Position numbers and translations under genes: made by a program
Source: a bacterium
GTDB taxonomy: Bacteria; Patescibacteriota; Minisyncoccia; UBA6257; GWB1-50-10
Direction of reading: 5' to 3'
DNA: 50,233 nt
NCBI GenBank assembly: GCA_021811055.1
Contig: JAJZPU010000001.1
Coordinates: 1-50,233 of the forward strand
Shown here: in pieces, positions 1 through 9,266 of the stretch
How the letters are laid out: every line of letters starts with the position of its first letter
Numbering within the stretch: the first letter of the stretch is position 1
Notes under the pieces: model-generated
Told to the model about the DNA's origin: nothing
Databases searched by the model: none
Seen by the model: the letters and a program-made list of their open reading frames with translations, nothing else

Positions 1-1
1 T

Positions 2-1750
2 CTCATCACACTTTTTTTTCCGCGGATAAACGGGTTTTCGGAACGGATTGGCTTTTCCATCGCAACGTCGATTTCTCTCGGAGTAGTGACGAGTATCGTG
101 TTCATCGGATTGCGTTTCCCGCTCGCGGAGGTATTTTTTATATGGAATACGATTATTTCCCTTTTCCTCGCGGTTGTCTTGAGAAAAAAACTGTTTCTTA
201 TTCGGGAAGAATGGAGAGACACAAAACTAAAAGAAAAAATATTCATCGGCGGGGCCCTTTTTATCTCAATACTTGCGGGTGTTTTTATTTTAGCGATACA
301 TACGGGATATCCATGGGCAATTCATGCCGATGAATGGTGGCAAATAGGGACTGTGCAGAATGTTCTTGAGGGTGCATCACTGCATACACACCCATATCTT
401 TTCAATGACTTTTCAAATAACAAACCAGGATTTTCAAGCTACACAGCAATGCTTTTAGATGCTACGGGAGGGGATCCGGTGAACGCGTGGCCTTACATGC
501 CGGCACTCGGTGTATTTTTCATTTCTTTTGTCGGATCTCTCTTTATTTTTGCAAAAACAAAAAGTTTTTTGGCGGGGATGCTACTCCCGATTTTTTTTGT
601 TGCACTCCGATCGAATGCATATTCGCTCGGGTGGTGGTTTTTTGTTCCCTCGATGTTTGCACTGTTCTTTATACTTGTTGTTTTTTTCACCTCGTCGCTA
701 TGGACACGACATCTCCCGGAATTTTTTTGGGTGTGTCTTATTTTTAGCGCACTCGCGCTTGTGTATTTCCCATTCGCGGTGCTTTTGTTTCTCTGTTTCC
801 TCCCGGCTATTTTCAAGAATATAAGAAAAAGACGGGTGAAATTAATGGTATACATCGGAATGTTTTTTTTGGTACTCGCGGGGGTGTATATTGCAGAATC
901 TATGAGTCCCTATAGAGAATTTTGGAGAATGGCAGATGGTGTTTCTCTCCCTTCTTTTTTATCGCAGTCAAAAATTATCCAAACGTTTTTTGTTCCTCTT
1001 TCCGCGACGTTTCATTTTGCGGGAAGGGTTGGTTTTTTCAGTACGGTTCCCATTCTTCTTTTTGTATCCGCTCTTGTTGGTTTTTTTCTTACCCGAAAAG
1101 ATAATTGGGCAGAGAGCATTCGCTTCGGTTTTTTAATTGGGATTGCGATGCTTCTTTTCGGAATTGTTACCGGAGTTTCGTTTTTTGTATTCTATCAACG
1201 TCTATTTTATTTTGTGGGAATTATAGTTGCGATATTGGGAACGATGGGGGTGGTCCTGAGTATCGAGAAAATCCGTTTGCACTGGGACAAAGAACAACTC
1301 CCCGCGTTGTGGAAAACTGTCGTAACGTTTTTTTTAATGGCGACATTTTTTTTGGTTCTCTTTAATAAATATTTTATTCTTCCTAACGGCGCGGGTCTGT
1401 ATGAATTGGTGAATAAAGACGATCTCGCCGCGTTACTGTGGCTGAAAGAAAATAGCGAAAGATTTAATGGAATGGGGGTGGTGGCAAATCAAGCGGTGGG
1501 GACTCTTGTCACCCCATTTACTCGTCTTCCGTCGAAGGTTTCGTTTCTTACTTCACAAAGCGCGGGCGCACTCATCAATCCCGCCGGGTTCATGGCGGAA
1601 GAAGAAGGGGAGTGCGGAAAAAAGGAAAAAATATTGGTGGACCTTAGCGCAAAAATCCTCTATGCAAAAAAACCGCAGGAATGCCCATTTTTAGAGGAAG
1701 TATATCGAAATCCAAGTGTATTTATCTACCTCTATATAACAGGAAAATGA
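2..1750 (+). CDS. Polytopic integral membrane protein (many TM helices, GT-C-like topology; function unassigned), probably 5'-partial
   Basis: The track ORF is 86..1750 with a GTG start, but the same frame stays open back to base 2, so the gene may begin left of the window. The translation is dominated by ~20-residue hydrophobic runs, followed by a ~120-aa soluble C-terminal part. Confidence 0.7.
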   Translation, partial: LITLFFPRINGFSERIGFSIATSISLGVVTSIVFIGLRFPLAEVFFIWNTIISLFLAVVLRKKLFLIREEWRDTKLKEKIFIGGALFISILAGVFILAIHTGYPWAIHADEWWQIGTVQNVLEGASLHTHPYLFNDFSNNKPGFSSYTAMLLDATGGDPVNAWPYMPALGVFFISFVGSLFIFAKTKSFLAGMLLPIFFVALRSNAYSLGWWFFVPSMFALFFILVVFFTSSLWTRHLPEFFWVCLIFSALALVYFPFAVLLFLCFLPAIFKNIRKRRVKLMVYIGMFFLVLAGVYIAESMSPYREFWRMADGVSLPSFLSQSKIIQTFFVPLSATFHFAGRVGFFSTVPILLFVSALVGFFLTRKDNWAESIRFGFLIGIAMLLFGIVTGVSFFVFYQRLFYFVGIIVAILGTMGVVLSIEKIRLHWDKEQLPALWKTVVTFFLMATFFLVLFNKYFILPNGAGLYELVNKDDLAALLWLKENSERFNGMGVVANQAVGTLVTPFTRLPSKVSFLTSQSAGALINPAGFMAEEEGECGKKEKILVDLSAKILYAKKPQECPFLEEVYRNPSVFIYLYITGK

Positions 1751-1867
1751 GATATTGTTTATATCTCTTGATTTCGGAAGGGATACCGAAGGGGGGTGAA
1801 AAATATAAGAAAGAAGGATAAAATTATTGTGAACGATGTGGTATAATAAATAGCAATCAAGAAAAAC

Positions 1868-4800
1868 GTGAAATTCACAAAGTCATTTCTGGTATTTTTA
1901 TTCGTAAGCGTTGCCATTGCCACTTTTTTTGTTGCCGTGTTTTACACCGACACGGTGAAGGCCGCGTTATGGTCTGTGAATAGTTCTGATTCTTTAACTC
2001 TTTCTCCCTCTACAAATTCAATTTCTCTTTCGTGGTCATTGAGCCAAATAAATGGCGGGACTCAAACTATTTATCGTAACGGATCCGCCATTACTTCGGT
2101 GGGCGTAGGAACTTCCTCATACACAAATTCCGGACTGGCTACGTGTACCTCGTATTCCTACAGTGTATGTTCCGCATATGGGTGTGCTTCTGCTTCCGTA
2201 TCTACAACCGGATGCGACCCGTGTGCAGGAGTGACGTGTAATGCTTACTGTTCCGGTTCAACCGCATACTATTCCGGATATTGTTCGGGCGGCGCGTGTT
2301 ATTATTCGACCGATAACTGTGCGAACGGGTTTTGCAGTGGTATGGTGCCATATCCCGGATCAACGTGTACTTCTGGAGTATGTAATCGCACTGCCGGATC
2401 GACGTGTCTTTCATCAACGTGTTCGGGAACGACATATTTATACAGTGGTTATTGTTCGGCGGGTTCATGTGGCTACGGTGCATCGTCAATCACTGCGGGT
2501 ACGTGTGGCGCAGTATGTACTCCTGGAACAACGCGGACGATGTATGCGAATTCGCAAATGGCGTGTGGTAATTCGTGTTTAAGCGAAACACAAACCTGTA
2601 ATAGTAGCGGAACAGGATGGTCCGGATCATACACATTAACATCGTGTACTCCCACAACGCGGACAGCGTACGGAGCACTTACCTCCGCGTGTGGAACATA
2701 TTCGTATACGAGCGAAACGCAGACTTGTCAAACAAGCGGCGCATGGAGTCCTTATAATTACACACTTACCTCTCCACCTTCCGCAACTACTCAAACTCGT
2801 TATGCCGCGGCAACATCCGCTTGCGGTACCTACGGATCAAACAGTGAAACGCAGACGTGCCAATCAAATGGATCGTTCAGCGGTACGTACACCCTAACTT
2901 CTCCCGCCACTGTTACCACTCAAACTCGTTATGCCGCGGCAACATCCGCTTGCGGTACCTACGGATCAAACAGTGAAACGCAGACGTGCCAATCAAATGG
3001 ATCGTTCAGCGGTACGTACACCCTAACTTCTCCCGCCACCATTACTACTCGTACACGCTATGCCGCGGCAACATCTGCATGTGGAACCTACGGATCAAAC
3101 AGTGAAACTCAATCGTGTCTTGCGGGGGGATCGTTTAGCGGTTCCTATACACTTACATCACCACCATCAGCGAGTACAAGAACAATGTATGCGGCGTCTT
3201 CCGTTGCGTGTGGTGGTGTGTGTTCAAGCGAAACGCAGACGTGTCTTTCGAGCGGATCGTGGAGCGGAACGTATGCATACAGTTCATGTAGCGTTACGGC
3301 GTGTCCTCCGGCGACTCCAGGTGCCCCCACGCTCACCGGATCGACACAATCATCAGTGAGCATCTCGTGGTCCGCGGTAGCGAATGCACTCGAATATTAC
3401 ATGTATAAAGACGGAGTCTATGTGGGGTACGTTTCTTATCTTAACCCTCTTTCATATACATTTAGTGGGCTTTCTTGTTCCACAAACTATTCAATAACGA
3501 TTTCTGCGGTAGGATCCGGAGGGGCATCTGGGCAATCATCCCCTCTTCTTGCTCTTACCCAGCTTTGTATTCCGGCGACAACCGCTCCATCGAATGGATC
3601 ATGGGTTAATTCACGGCAGTTTTGTGCGTGGGTTGATGGATATCCGGGGGTTTCAACGCGAGGAAAATTTGTTATAGGAGGAACGACATATAACGGAGGA
3701 TATAATGTGGGAGACGGATCAAGTTGTTATACACATACCGGGGATCTAAGCGGGGTGTCGTGGTATGTCTACTCGGAAGATTCGGCATTGCGCACAAGTC
3801 CTAATTCAGCTTCGTGGACAGCATATATTGATACGGTCGCGCCGACACCGAATCCACCGACTATTTCTTTAACATCGGCGGATTCGTCCTCTGTGACTGC
3901 GACGATCTCGAGCGGGTCCGATACGGCATCTGGGTTGAATGCCACTCCATACGGATTCTCCATTGATGGCGGCGCATATACATGGCAGTCGGGCACATCG
4001 AAAGCTTTTTCCGGTGTTTCGTGTGGGGTGTCTCATACGGTTACAGGAAAGATCCGTGACGCCGCAGGAAATGAAACGTCTGTGGGGAGTGGAACAATAA
4101 CTCCACTTTGTGCGCCTACGGGGGTTTCCGCAGTATTTTCGTACGGGGGAACGCCCACATTGGAACGCGTTGATATTTCTTGGAACGCGGTTTCCGGAGC
4201 AACCTCGTATACGATTTATGAAAAGGTGAATGGAGGGAGCTGGCAGACGATAAGCCCCGATTATTCGTGGGGGGCGACATCAAAGAGCGTCCGGAACGGA
4301 ACGCTTTCCTGCGGAAGCACATACGAATATGCGGTAGTCGCGAATGGTCCGACGGGATCATCCTCAATGTCCGCCTCGAGCGGAGTCATGACCTACACTA
4401 CTCCGGGATCGCTTCCTAATTTTGCTATTTATGCATCAAACAACACATCGATTTGGCTCTCAACCTGGTGGGGAAGTCCGTATCTTCCAAGCGGGGGAGC
4501 GGCGCCTCTTTATAACATCCGCAGGAACGGAGTGCTCATCGCAACGATCCCACAGTATGACTATATAGATTCCGGACTCAGCCAGAATACCTTATATTCT
4601 TATACGATCCAGCCGACAAACGCCTGCGGAGGAGGACCGACAAGTCCGTCGTATTCTGGACGCACACTGGGAAGTATGTCGATGTCTCAGGGGGGTTCGA
4701 CTCAAACCTCCATATCCGCGTGCTGGAGCGATCCCGTGAACCCCAGCCACCCAGACGTTGATACGTACAATTACCGGAATATCATACGAAACTCGGGCGC

Positions 4801-5983
4801 TGCCTCTTATTCCTCTCTGGTCGGTTCGACATCGGGATGCTGGAGCGACACGGGACTCTCGTGCGGGACGGGGTACACATATATCGCGCGATCAGGACTC
4901 ACGGTTATGAATAAAGGGAACGGAACGGGTCTCGCGGGCGCGAGTGTAGATTCGCCGACGTATACGTTTTATACAAGCGACTGTGATACAACACCTCCAA
5001 CATTTTCAATAACTGGATCGAATTCGAGTTGGACTACCTCTGCGAATGTGACCGCAACCGCAAGTGATGTGTCAGGAGTTTCCTATGTGCGCCATTGCTG
5101 GGCTGATACAGGAACCATGCCTCCGTGCGATCCGGGAACGACAAGCGCGAATACATTCACAAATGGCGCTACACTCACACAAACAACGTCGGGATCGTCG
5201 TGGTATGTATGTTTCAGGGCAAGCGATACGAACGGAAATTGGACTCCCGCGCCGACCTCGGTTAATTACGCCTCATATTGTTGGGGACCGGTTCGTGTTG
5301 ATACAACCGCACCAACACCGAATCCTCCAAGTCCTTCGGAATCAAGTACCAGTGCGGACTCTATCACTGTTGTAATGGGCACAACGGGATCTGATGCGCA
5401 TTCTGGAATGAACAGTACGCCATATGGATATGCAATAGACGGTGGATCATATTCGTGGACGAGTTCTGGTGCAAATACATTTTCAGGACTTTTGTGTGAA
5501 ACAAATCATACGATTTATGGGAAATTACAGGACGCGGTGGGAAATCAGACATCCGCGGGAAGTGTCAGTATCACGACCGGATCGTGTGTCGTTGCTCCTA
5601 CAACAGTTAGTGCAGTGACCGCAACGGAAAAATCTGGGGGAGGAGGGCTTAGCGCATCATGGACAAATGTAGGTGCAAATGGATATAGGGTGTATTTAAG
5701 AGGAGGAAGATCAAGCGCAAATACCACCACGCTTATAACGGATACCGGAAATGCCACAATCCCTTCACAAACAGGGCTTGATTGTCCAGGAACATATTCC
5801 GTTATCGTGGTTCCTTACAATAGCGATACGAGTCTTGGTGGTGGCACTCATTCAAGTTGTATAAGTGCTTTTTCGGACCCATTGCTTTCAGGGGTATTGG
5901 TTCCCACAAACAGAAAATGTGCAGCGCCAACCGTTGGTACAGTGAGTCTTACATCGTGCACTAAAGGGTTCTTATTCGAATAA
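1868..5983 (+). CDS. Giant secreted/cell-surface protein: signal anchor, Cys-rich region, six tandem ~43-aa Cys modules, several fibronectin-III-like domains
   Basis: 1371-aa ORF with a GTG start. The N-terminus MKFTKSFLVFLFVSVAIATFFVAVFY..VKA looks like a signal peptide or anchor. Composition is Ser/Thr/Gly/Cys-rich. FN3-like segments are present (e.g. PGAPTLTGSTQSSVSISWSAV..EYYMYKDG..YTFSGLSCSTNYSITISAV). A diverged ~95-aa segment (DT.APTPNPP...GK..DA.GN.TS.GS) occurs twice, at ~3829-4110 and ~5297-5585. Confidence 0.85.
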   Translation: MKFTKSFLVFLFVSVAIATFFVAVFYTDTVKAALWSVNSSDSLTLSPSTNSISLSWSLSQINGGTQTIYRNGSAITSVGVGTSSYTNSGLATCTSYSYSVCSAYGCASASVSTTGCDPCAGVTCNAYCSGSTAYYSGYCSGGACYYSTDNCANGFCSGMVPYPGSTCTSGVCNRTAGSTCLSSTCSGTTYLYSGYCSAGSCGYGASSITAGTCGAVCTPGTTRTMYANSQMACGNSCLSETQTCNSSGTGWSGSYTLTSCTPTTRTAYGALTSACGTYSYTSETQTCQTSGAWSPYNYTLTSPPSATTQTRYAAATSACGTYGSNSETQTCQSNGSFSGTYTLTSPATVTTQTRYAAATSACGTYGSNSETQTCQSNGSFSGTYTLTSPATITTRTRYAAATSACGTYGSNSETQSCLAGGSFSGSYTLTSPPSASTRTMYAASSVACGGVCSSETQTCLSSGSWSGTYAYSSCSVTACPPATPGAPTLTGSTQSSVSISWSAVANALEYYMYKDGVYVGYVSYLNPLSYTFSGLSCSTNYSITISAVGSGGASGQSSPLLALTQLCIPATTAPSNGSWVNSRQFCAWVDGYPGVSTRGKFVIGGTTYNGGYNVGDGSSCYTHTGDLSGVSWYVYSEDSALRTSPNSASWTAYIDTVAPTPNPPTISLTSADSSSVTATISSGSDTASGLNATPYGFSIDGGAYTWQSGTSKAFSGVSCGVSHTVTGKIRDAAGNETSVGSGTITPLCAPTGVSAVFSYGGTPTLERVDISWNAVSGATSYTIYEKVNGGSWQTISPDYSWGATSKSVRNGTLSCGSTYEYAVVANGPTGSSSMSASSGVMTYTTPGSLPNFAIYASNNTSIWLSTWWGSPYLPSGGAAPLYNIRRNGVLIATIPQYDYIDSGLSQNTLYSYTIQPTNACGGGPTSPSYSGRTLGSMSMSQGGSTQTSISACWSDPVNPSHPDVDTYNYRNIIRNSGAASYSSLVGSTSGCWSDTGLSCGTGYTYIARSGLTVMNKGNGTGLAGASVDSPTYTFYTSDCDTTPPTFSITGSNSSWTTSANVTATASDVSGVSYVRHCWADTGTMPPCDPGTTSANTFTNGATLTQTTSGSSWYVCFRASDTNGNWTPAPTSVNYASYCWGPVRVDTTAPTPNPPSPSESSTSADSITVVMGTTGSDAHSGMNSTPYGYAIDGGSYSWTSSGANTFSGLLCETNHTIYGKLQDAVGNQTSAGSVSITTGSCVVAPTTVSAVTATEKSGGGGLSASWTNVGANGYRVYLRGGRSSANTTTLITDTGNATIPSQTGLDCPGTYSVIVVPYNSDTSLGGGTHSSCISAFSDPLLSGVLVPTNRKCAAPTVGTVSLTSCTKGFLFE
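2527..3303 (+). repeat. In-frame tandem array of six ~129-bp (43-aa) Cys-containing modules inside the surface-protein gene; two units are identical over 122 bp
   Basis: The module T(T/S)(R/Q)T.YAA.S.ACG.Y.S.SETQ.C...GS(F/W)SG.YTLTSP occurs 6 times. Bases 2789-2910 are identical to 2918-3039 (period 129 bp). Confidence 0.9.
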
Positions 5984-5987
5984 AGAT

Positions 5988-6578
5988 ATGAAAAACGATA
6001 CCTCAAAAGATATAAAGATAATACTTATCGTAATCGGATGTGTGGTGGTCATTGTGCTTGGAGTGATAATTTTTTCGAATAAAAAACCTCCAGCGGCTCT
6101 CGATGGTGTGACGGAAGATGTCGGACAATCCGAAATCACGGAACCGGGAAATATGGCCACTGGGTCAAACCAGGAGGTGAATGTTTCCGCAACGGGAAAC
6201 ACCGGTCTTACACCGTACGAACGGCAAGTTGAAGCATTAAAGACAGCGTCACTTACGAAAGCGGACATGGAGGAGTCGCTTGGTACGGGATTGAAGGAAA
6301 AGTTCAAGGTATTTAATCTGCGAATAACCGCGGATGGATATATTCCGAATGCAATCATTGTCGAAAAAGGAGATGCGGTGCAGTTGAATATGGCGGCGGA
6401 CGAAGATGCCGATATACAATCACAGGATTTCAATTTCTTCGTTCCCGTTCCAGCAAAAGAGGTGACGAACCTCGGGTTTATTGCAAATAAAGAAGGGACA
6501 TTCGTTTTCTATTGCAGAAATCAGTGTCTTGGAAAAGATCGGATATTCGGACATATAGTGGTACGGCCACGTTCATAG
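5988..6578 (+). CDS. Membrane-anchored cupredoxin-like domain protein
   Basis: 196 aa with an N-terminal TM helix (IKIILIVIGCVVVIVLGVIIF). The C-terminal ~90 aa have a cupredoxin/EfeO-like pattern (GYIPNAIIVEKGDAVQLNM ... GTFVFYC....GHIVV). It starts 5 nt after the upstream surface-protein gene. Confidence 0.6.
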   Translation: MKNDTSKDIKIILIVIGCVVVIVLGVIIFSNKKPPAALDGVTEDVGQSEITEPGNMATGSNQEVNVSATGNTGLTPYERQVEALKTASLTKADMEESLGTGLKEKFKVFNLRITADGYIPNAIIVEKGDAVQLNMAADEDADIQSQDFNFFVPVPAKEVTNLGFIANKEGTFVFYCRNQCLGKDRIFGHIVVRPRS

Positions 6579-6657
6579 TTGTCCACATTACTTTTTTTTC
6601 TAAGAGATATATACTAAAAAAGAACTATATAAAAACGGTCGATTTAATTTTTAGCTC

Positions 6658-7098
6658 ATGCGTATGAACAAAATGAATAGAATGCTTCTGTGGGTTGTCG
6701 CAGTGCTTGTCGTGATACTTCTGATACTTGTGGTATGGCAGATATTCTTCGGGAAATCGTCGTATTATGCCGTGTATATGCGGACGGGGGATCTCTATTT
6801 TGGAAAACTTATACGATTCCCATCGTTCGGACTGAAGAACGTATATACATTGCAGGTGACTCAGGACAGCCAGAATCCGGTTCGCGTACAGAAATTTGCC
6901 GATGTGTTTTGGGGTCCGGAAGATTACCTCAAGATAAACAAGGAGGAGGTGGTGTGGTATACGAAATTGAAGAGTGAAGGACAGCTTTCTCAGCTTATTG
7001 CCACAAATCCGAATCTTGTGCCGCAACAGACACAGCAACAGGTACAGCAACAGCAGGCGCCGGTAGAACAGAATAATTCGGGCGCGGTAAAGGAATAA
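6658..7098 (+). CDS. Hypothetical membrane-anchored protein with Gln-rich C-terminal tail
   Basis: 146-aa ORF with an N-terminal TM helix (MLLWVVAVLVVILLILVVW) and a tail QQTQQQVQQQQAP. It is followed by a strong terminator hairpin. Confidence 0.6.
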   Translation: MRMNKMNRMLLWVVAVLVVILLILVVWQIFFGKSSYYAVYMRTGDLYFGKLIRFPSFGLKNVYTLQVTQDSQNPVRVQKFADVFWGPEDYLKINKEEVVWYTKLKSEGQLSQLIATNPNLVPQQTQQQVQQQQAPVEQNNSGAVKE

Positions 7099-7110
7099 GT
7101 AAGTAGTAAG

Positions 7111-7153
7111 AAAAAAATCCCCCGTCCGCCAACCGGCAGAGGGGGATTTTTTT
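7111..7153. terminator. Bidirectional rho-independent terminator between convergent genes
   Basis: AAAAAAATCCCCC (7111-7123) pairs perfectly with GGGGGATTTTTTT (7141-7153). The A-run/T-run flanks make it usable on both strands, and it lies between the 6658..7098 (+) ORF and recR (-). Confidence 0.8.
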
Positions 7154-7167
7154 GTTTTATAAACAAA

Positions 7168-7767
7168 TCAGCGTCGTCCATCAAATGCATTTCTGAGTGT
7201 TTCTTCGTCAGCAAATTCTATGTCGCCCCCCGTGGGAATCCCGCGACCGAGACGAGTGATCTTCACGGATATTCCCTTAAACCCCTGTCGTATGAGTTCG
7301 GATACGAAATCACCGAATGTGTTCGGTCCGAGCGCTATTATTATTTCCCCCGGAGATTCATTTAATTCTTCGATAATTCGATTCTTCAGTTTTTGGAGGC
7401 GTTGCTTTTGAATGTCGCCAAGAGGATTCCGGTGATCAAGTTCTCCTATGACACAGTACTGTCCGAAAAATTTTCCAGCCTTCTCTATGGAAAAAACATC
7501 GGTATCTTTTTCCACAATGGCAACAATATGTGCGTCGCGTTTCGGGTCCGCACAGAACACACAAAGTTTTTGGGTGCGTGATTTCACAAAAAAACAGCGC
7601 GGACACCGGTCAAGCCGCTCGAGTCCCTTCAATGCTTCCTGTATCTGTATTTGTTCGTGATCGGGAAGCGACGCAAGAAAAAACGAAAGCCGCGTTGCCA
7701 TTCGTGGTCCGATCGACGGCAGTTTCGAAAATGCATCTATAAAATTTTGAATTTCTGGGGGAAACAT
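7168..7767 (-). CDS. recR: Recombination protein RecR
   Basis: 199 aa. It has the N-terminal HhH (LPSIGPRMATRLSFFL), the C4 zinc finger CPRC..x..CVFC, a Toprim-type C-terminal half, and typical RecR length. Confidence 0.95.
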   Translation of the reverse strand: MFPPEIQNFIDAFSKLPSIGPRMATRLSFFLASLPDHEQIQIQEALKGLERLDRCPRCFFVKSRTQKLCVFCADPKRDAHIVAIVEKDTDVFSIEKAGKFFGQYCVIGELDHRNPLGDIQKQRLQKLKNRIIEELNESPGEIIIALGPNTFGDFVSELIRQGFKGISVKITRLGRGIPTGGDIEFADEETLRNAFDGRR

Positions 7768-7773
7768 AACGTA

Positions 7774-7779
7774 AGTATA
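7774..7779 (-). promoter_or_regulatory. -10-like hexamer TATACT 6 nt upstream of the recR ATG (candidate leaderless promoter)
   Basis: The minus strand reads TATACT-tacgtt-ATG with no SD in between. It is part of the recurrent AGTATAAAGTA intergenic motif. Confidence 0.35.
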
Positions 7780-7848
7780 AAGTATTCAGTATGAAGTATT
7801 AAGTATGGGAATATCGTGTTTTCTTTTATACTTTCTATTGGATACTTA

Positions 7849-9195
7849 CTACTGTTCCGTGTGTACCGTATCAATGGTGTGAAAGCTCACTTTTTCCGGA
7901 TCGAAACGGAGTCGTACATTTCCCAATGGACCATTTCGATGTTTTGCCACGATGAGATCGACAATGTTCTGTTCCTCATCCGGAACATCGATGCGATCAC
8001 GGTCTTTGCGATAGATGAACATCACGACATCAGCGTCCTGCTCGAGTGAACCGGATTCGCGAAGATCGGAAAGTCGGGGAATTTTTACGTCGCGTTTATC
8101 GACTTCGCGGGAGAGTTGGGATAAGGCGAGAACGGGGATATTCAACTCGCGCGCCAGTGCCTTAAGTCCCCGCGATATCTCCGTTACTTGTTGTACCATG
8201 TTGTCATATCCTCCGGTGCGTGGCTGTATGAGCTGGAGATAGTCGATAACAAGAAAATCGAGTCCGTGTTCAAGCTGAAGGCGTCGTGCCGCTGATCGCA
8301 TCTGAAGCACCGAGGGGGAGGGGGTATCGTCGATGAAAAGACTCGTTTTCGAGAGTTCGTCGAGCGCCTGCTGTACCAGCGCGAATTCCATTTCTCCCTG
8401 AAGTCGTCCGGTTCTGAGGCGCCAAAGGGGTATTTTTGCCTGATTGGCGATAAGGCGGTCAATAATCTGCTCGCGTGACATTTCTATCGAGAATACACCG
8501 ACGGATTTTCCGTGGAGCGATATGTTGCGTGCGATATCGAGTGCGAGCGCGGTTTTTCCGAATGAGGGGCGCGCGCCAAGAATAATGAGATCGGAATTCT
8601 GAAACCCGGAAAGAATATTGTCGAGCTGGTGAAAATAGGAAGGAACGCCGCGAAGCATGCCGTCACCGCGGTGCAGTTTTTCGAGCCGTTCATAGGCATC
8701 GGTAAGTTCATCGCGAATAGGAATGAAATGTTGTGTTCGCGATTTTTGCGAAATATTAAATATCTTCTGTTCCACCGAATCAAGGAACGAGTCGAATTCG
8801 TCCGATTTGAACGCCTCTTCGTTTATTTCCGATGACGCATGAATGATCGCCCGTCGCACGCTCAGTTCTTTTACGATTTTCGCGTAGTGTTCGACATGTG
8901 CCGCGCTCGGTACGTTCGAAACAAGTTCGGCAAGATAGTCGGCACCGCCGGAATCCTTCATTTTTTTCTCTTTCTTCAGGAACATGGAAACGGTAAGCAC
9001 ATCGACCGGTTCTCCGCGTTCGAAAAGCGTGAGGATCGCTTCGAATATAGCCTGATGTGCCGGATGATAAAAATCGGAAGGGGAGAGAATGTCGGTAACA
9101 CGAATAATCGACAAGGGGTCGATCATGAGCGCGCCGAGCGCCGATACCTCTGCGTCGATATCGTGCGGCGGAAGTTTAATATTTTTTGTGGGCAT
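7849..9195 (-). CDS. dnaB: Replicative DNA helicase DnaB
   Basis: 448 aa. It has the N-terminal DnaB domain (PPHDIDAEVSALGALMIDP), Walker A GARPSFGKTALALDIA, and a RecA-like C-terminal domain (VIDYLQLI, SQLSREVDKR). Confidence 0.95.
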   Translation of the reverse strand: MPTKNIKLPPHDIDAEVSALGALMIDPLSIIRVTDILSPSDFYHPAHQAIFEAILTLFERGEPVDVLTVSMFLKKEKKMKDSGGADYLAELVSNVPSAAHVEHYAKIVKELSVRRAIIHASSEINEEAFKSDEFDSFLDSVEQKIFNISQKSRTQHFIPIRDELTDAYERLEKLHRGDGMLRGVPSYFHQLDNILSGFQNSDLIILGARPSFGKTALALDIARNISLHGKSVGVFSIEMSREQIIDRLIANQAKIPLWRLRTGRLQGEMEFALVQQALDELSKTSLFIDDTPSPSVLQMRSAARRLQLEHGLDFLVIDYLQLIQPRTGGYDNMVQQVTEISRGLKALARELNIPVLALSQLSREVDKRDVKIPRLSDLRESGSLEQDADVVMFIYRKDRDRIDVPDEEQNIVDLIVAKHRNGPLGNVRLRFDPEKVSFHTIDTVHTEQ

Positions 9196-9266
9196 GCAAA
9201 AGTATAAAGTATACGGTATTAAGTATTTACGTATTCGATTTTTTCAGACCGAATACTTATTCTTCT

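Noticed and set aside
9231-9256. Hairpin GTATTCG-N12-CGAATAC as the cysS terminator
   Set aside because: The stem is short (7 bp), the loop is large, and no U-run follows on the minus strand. That is too weak to call.
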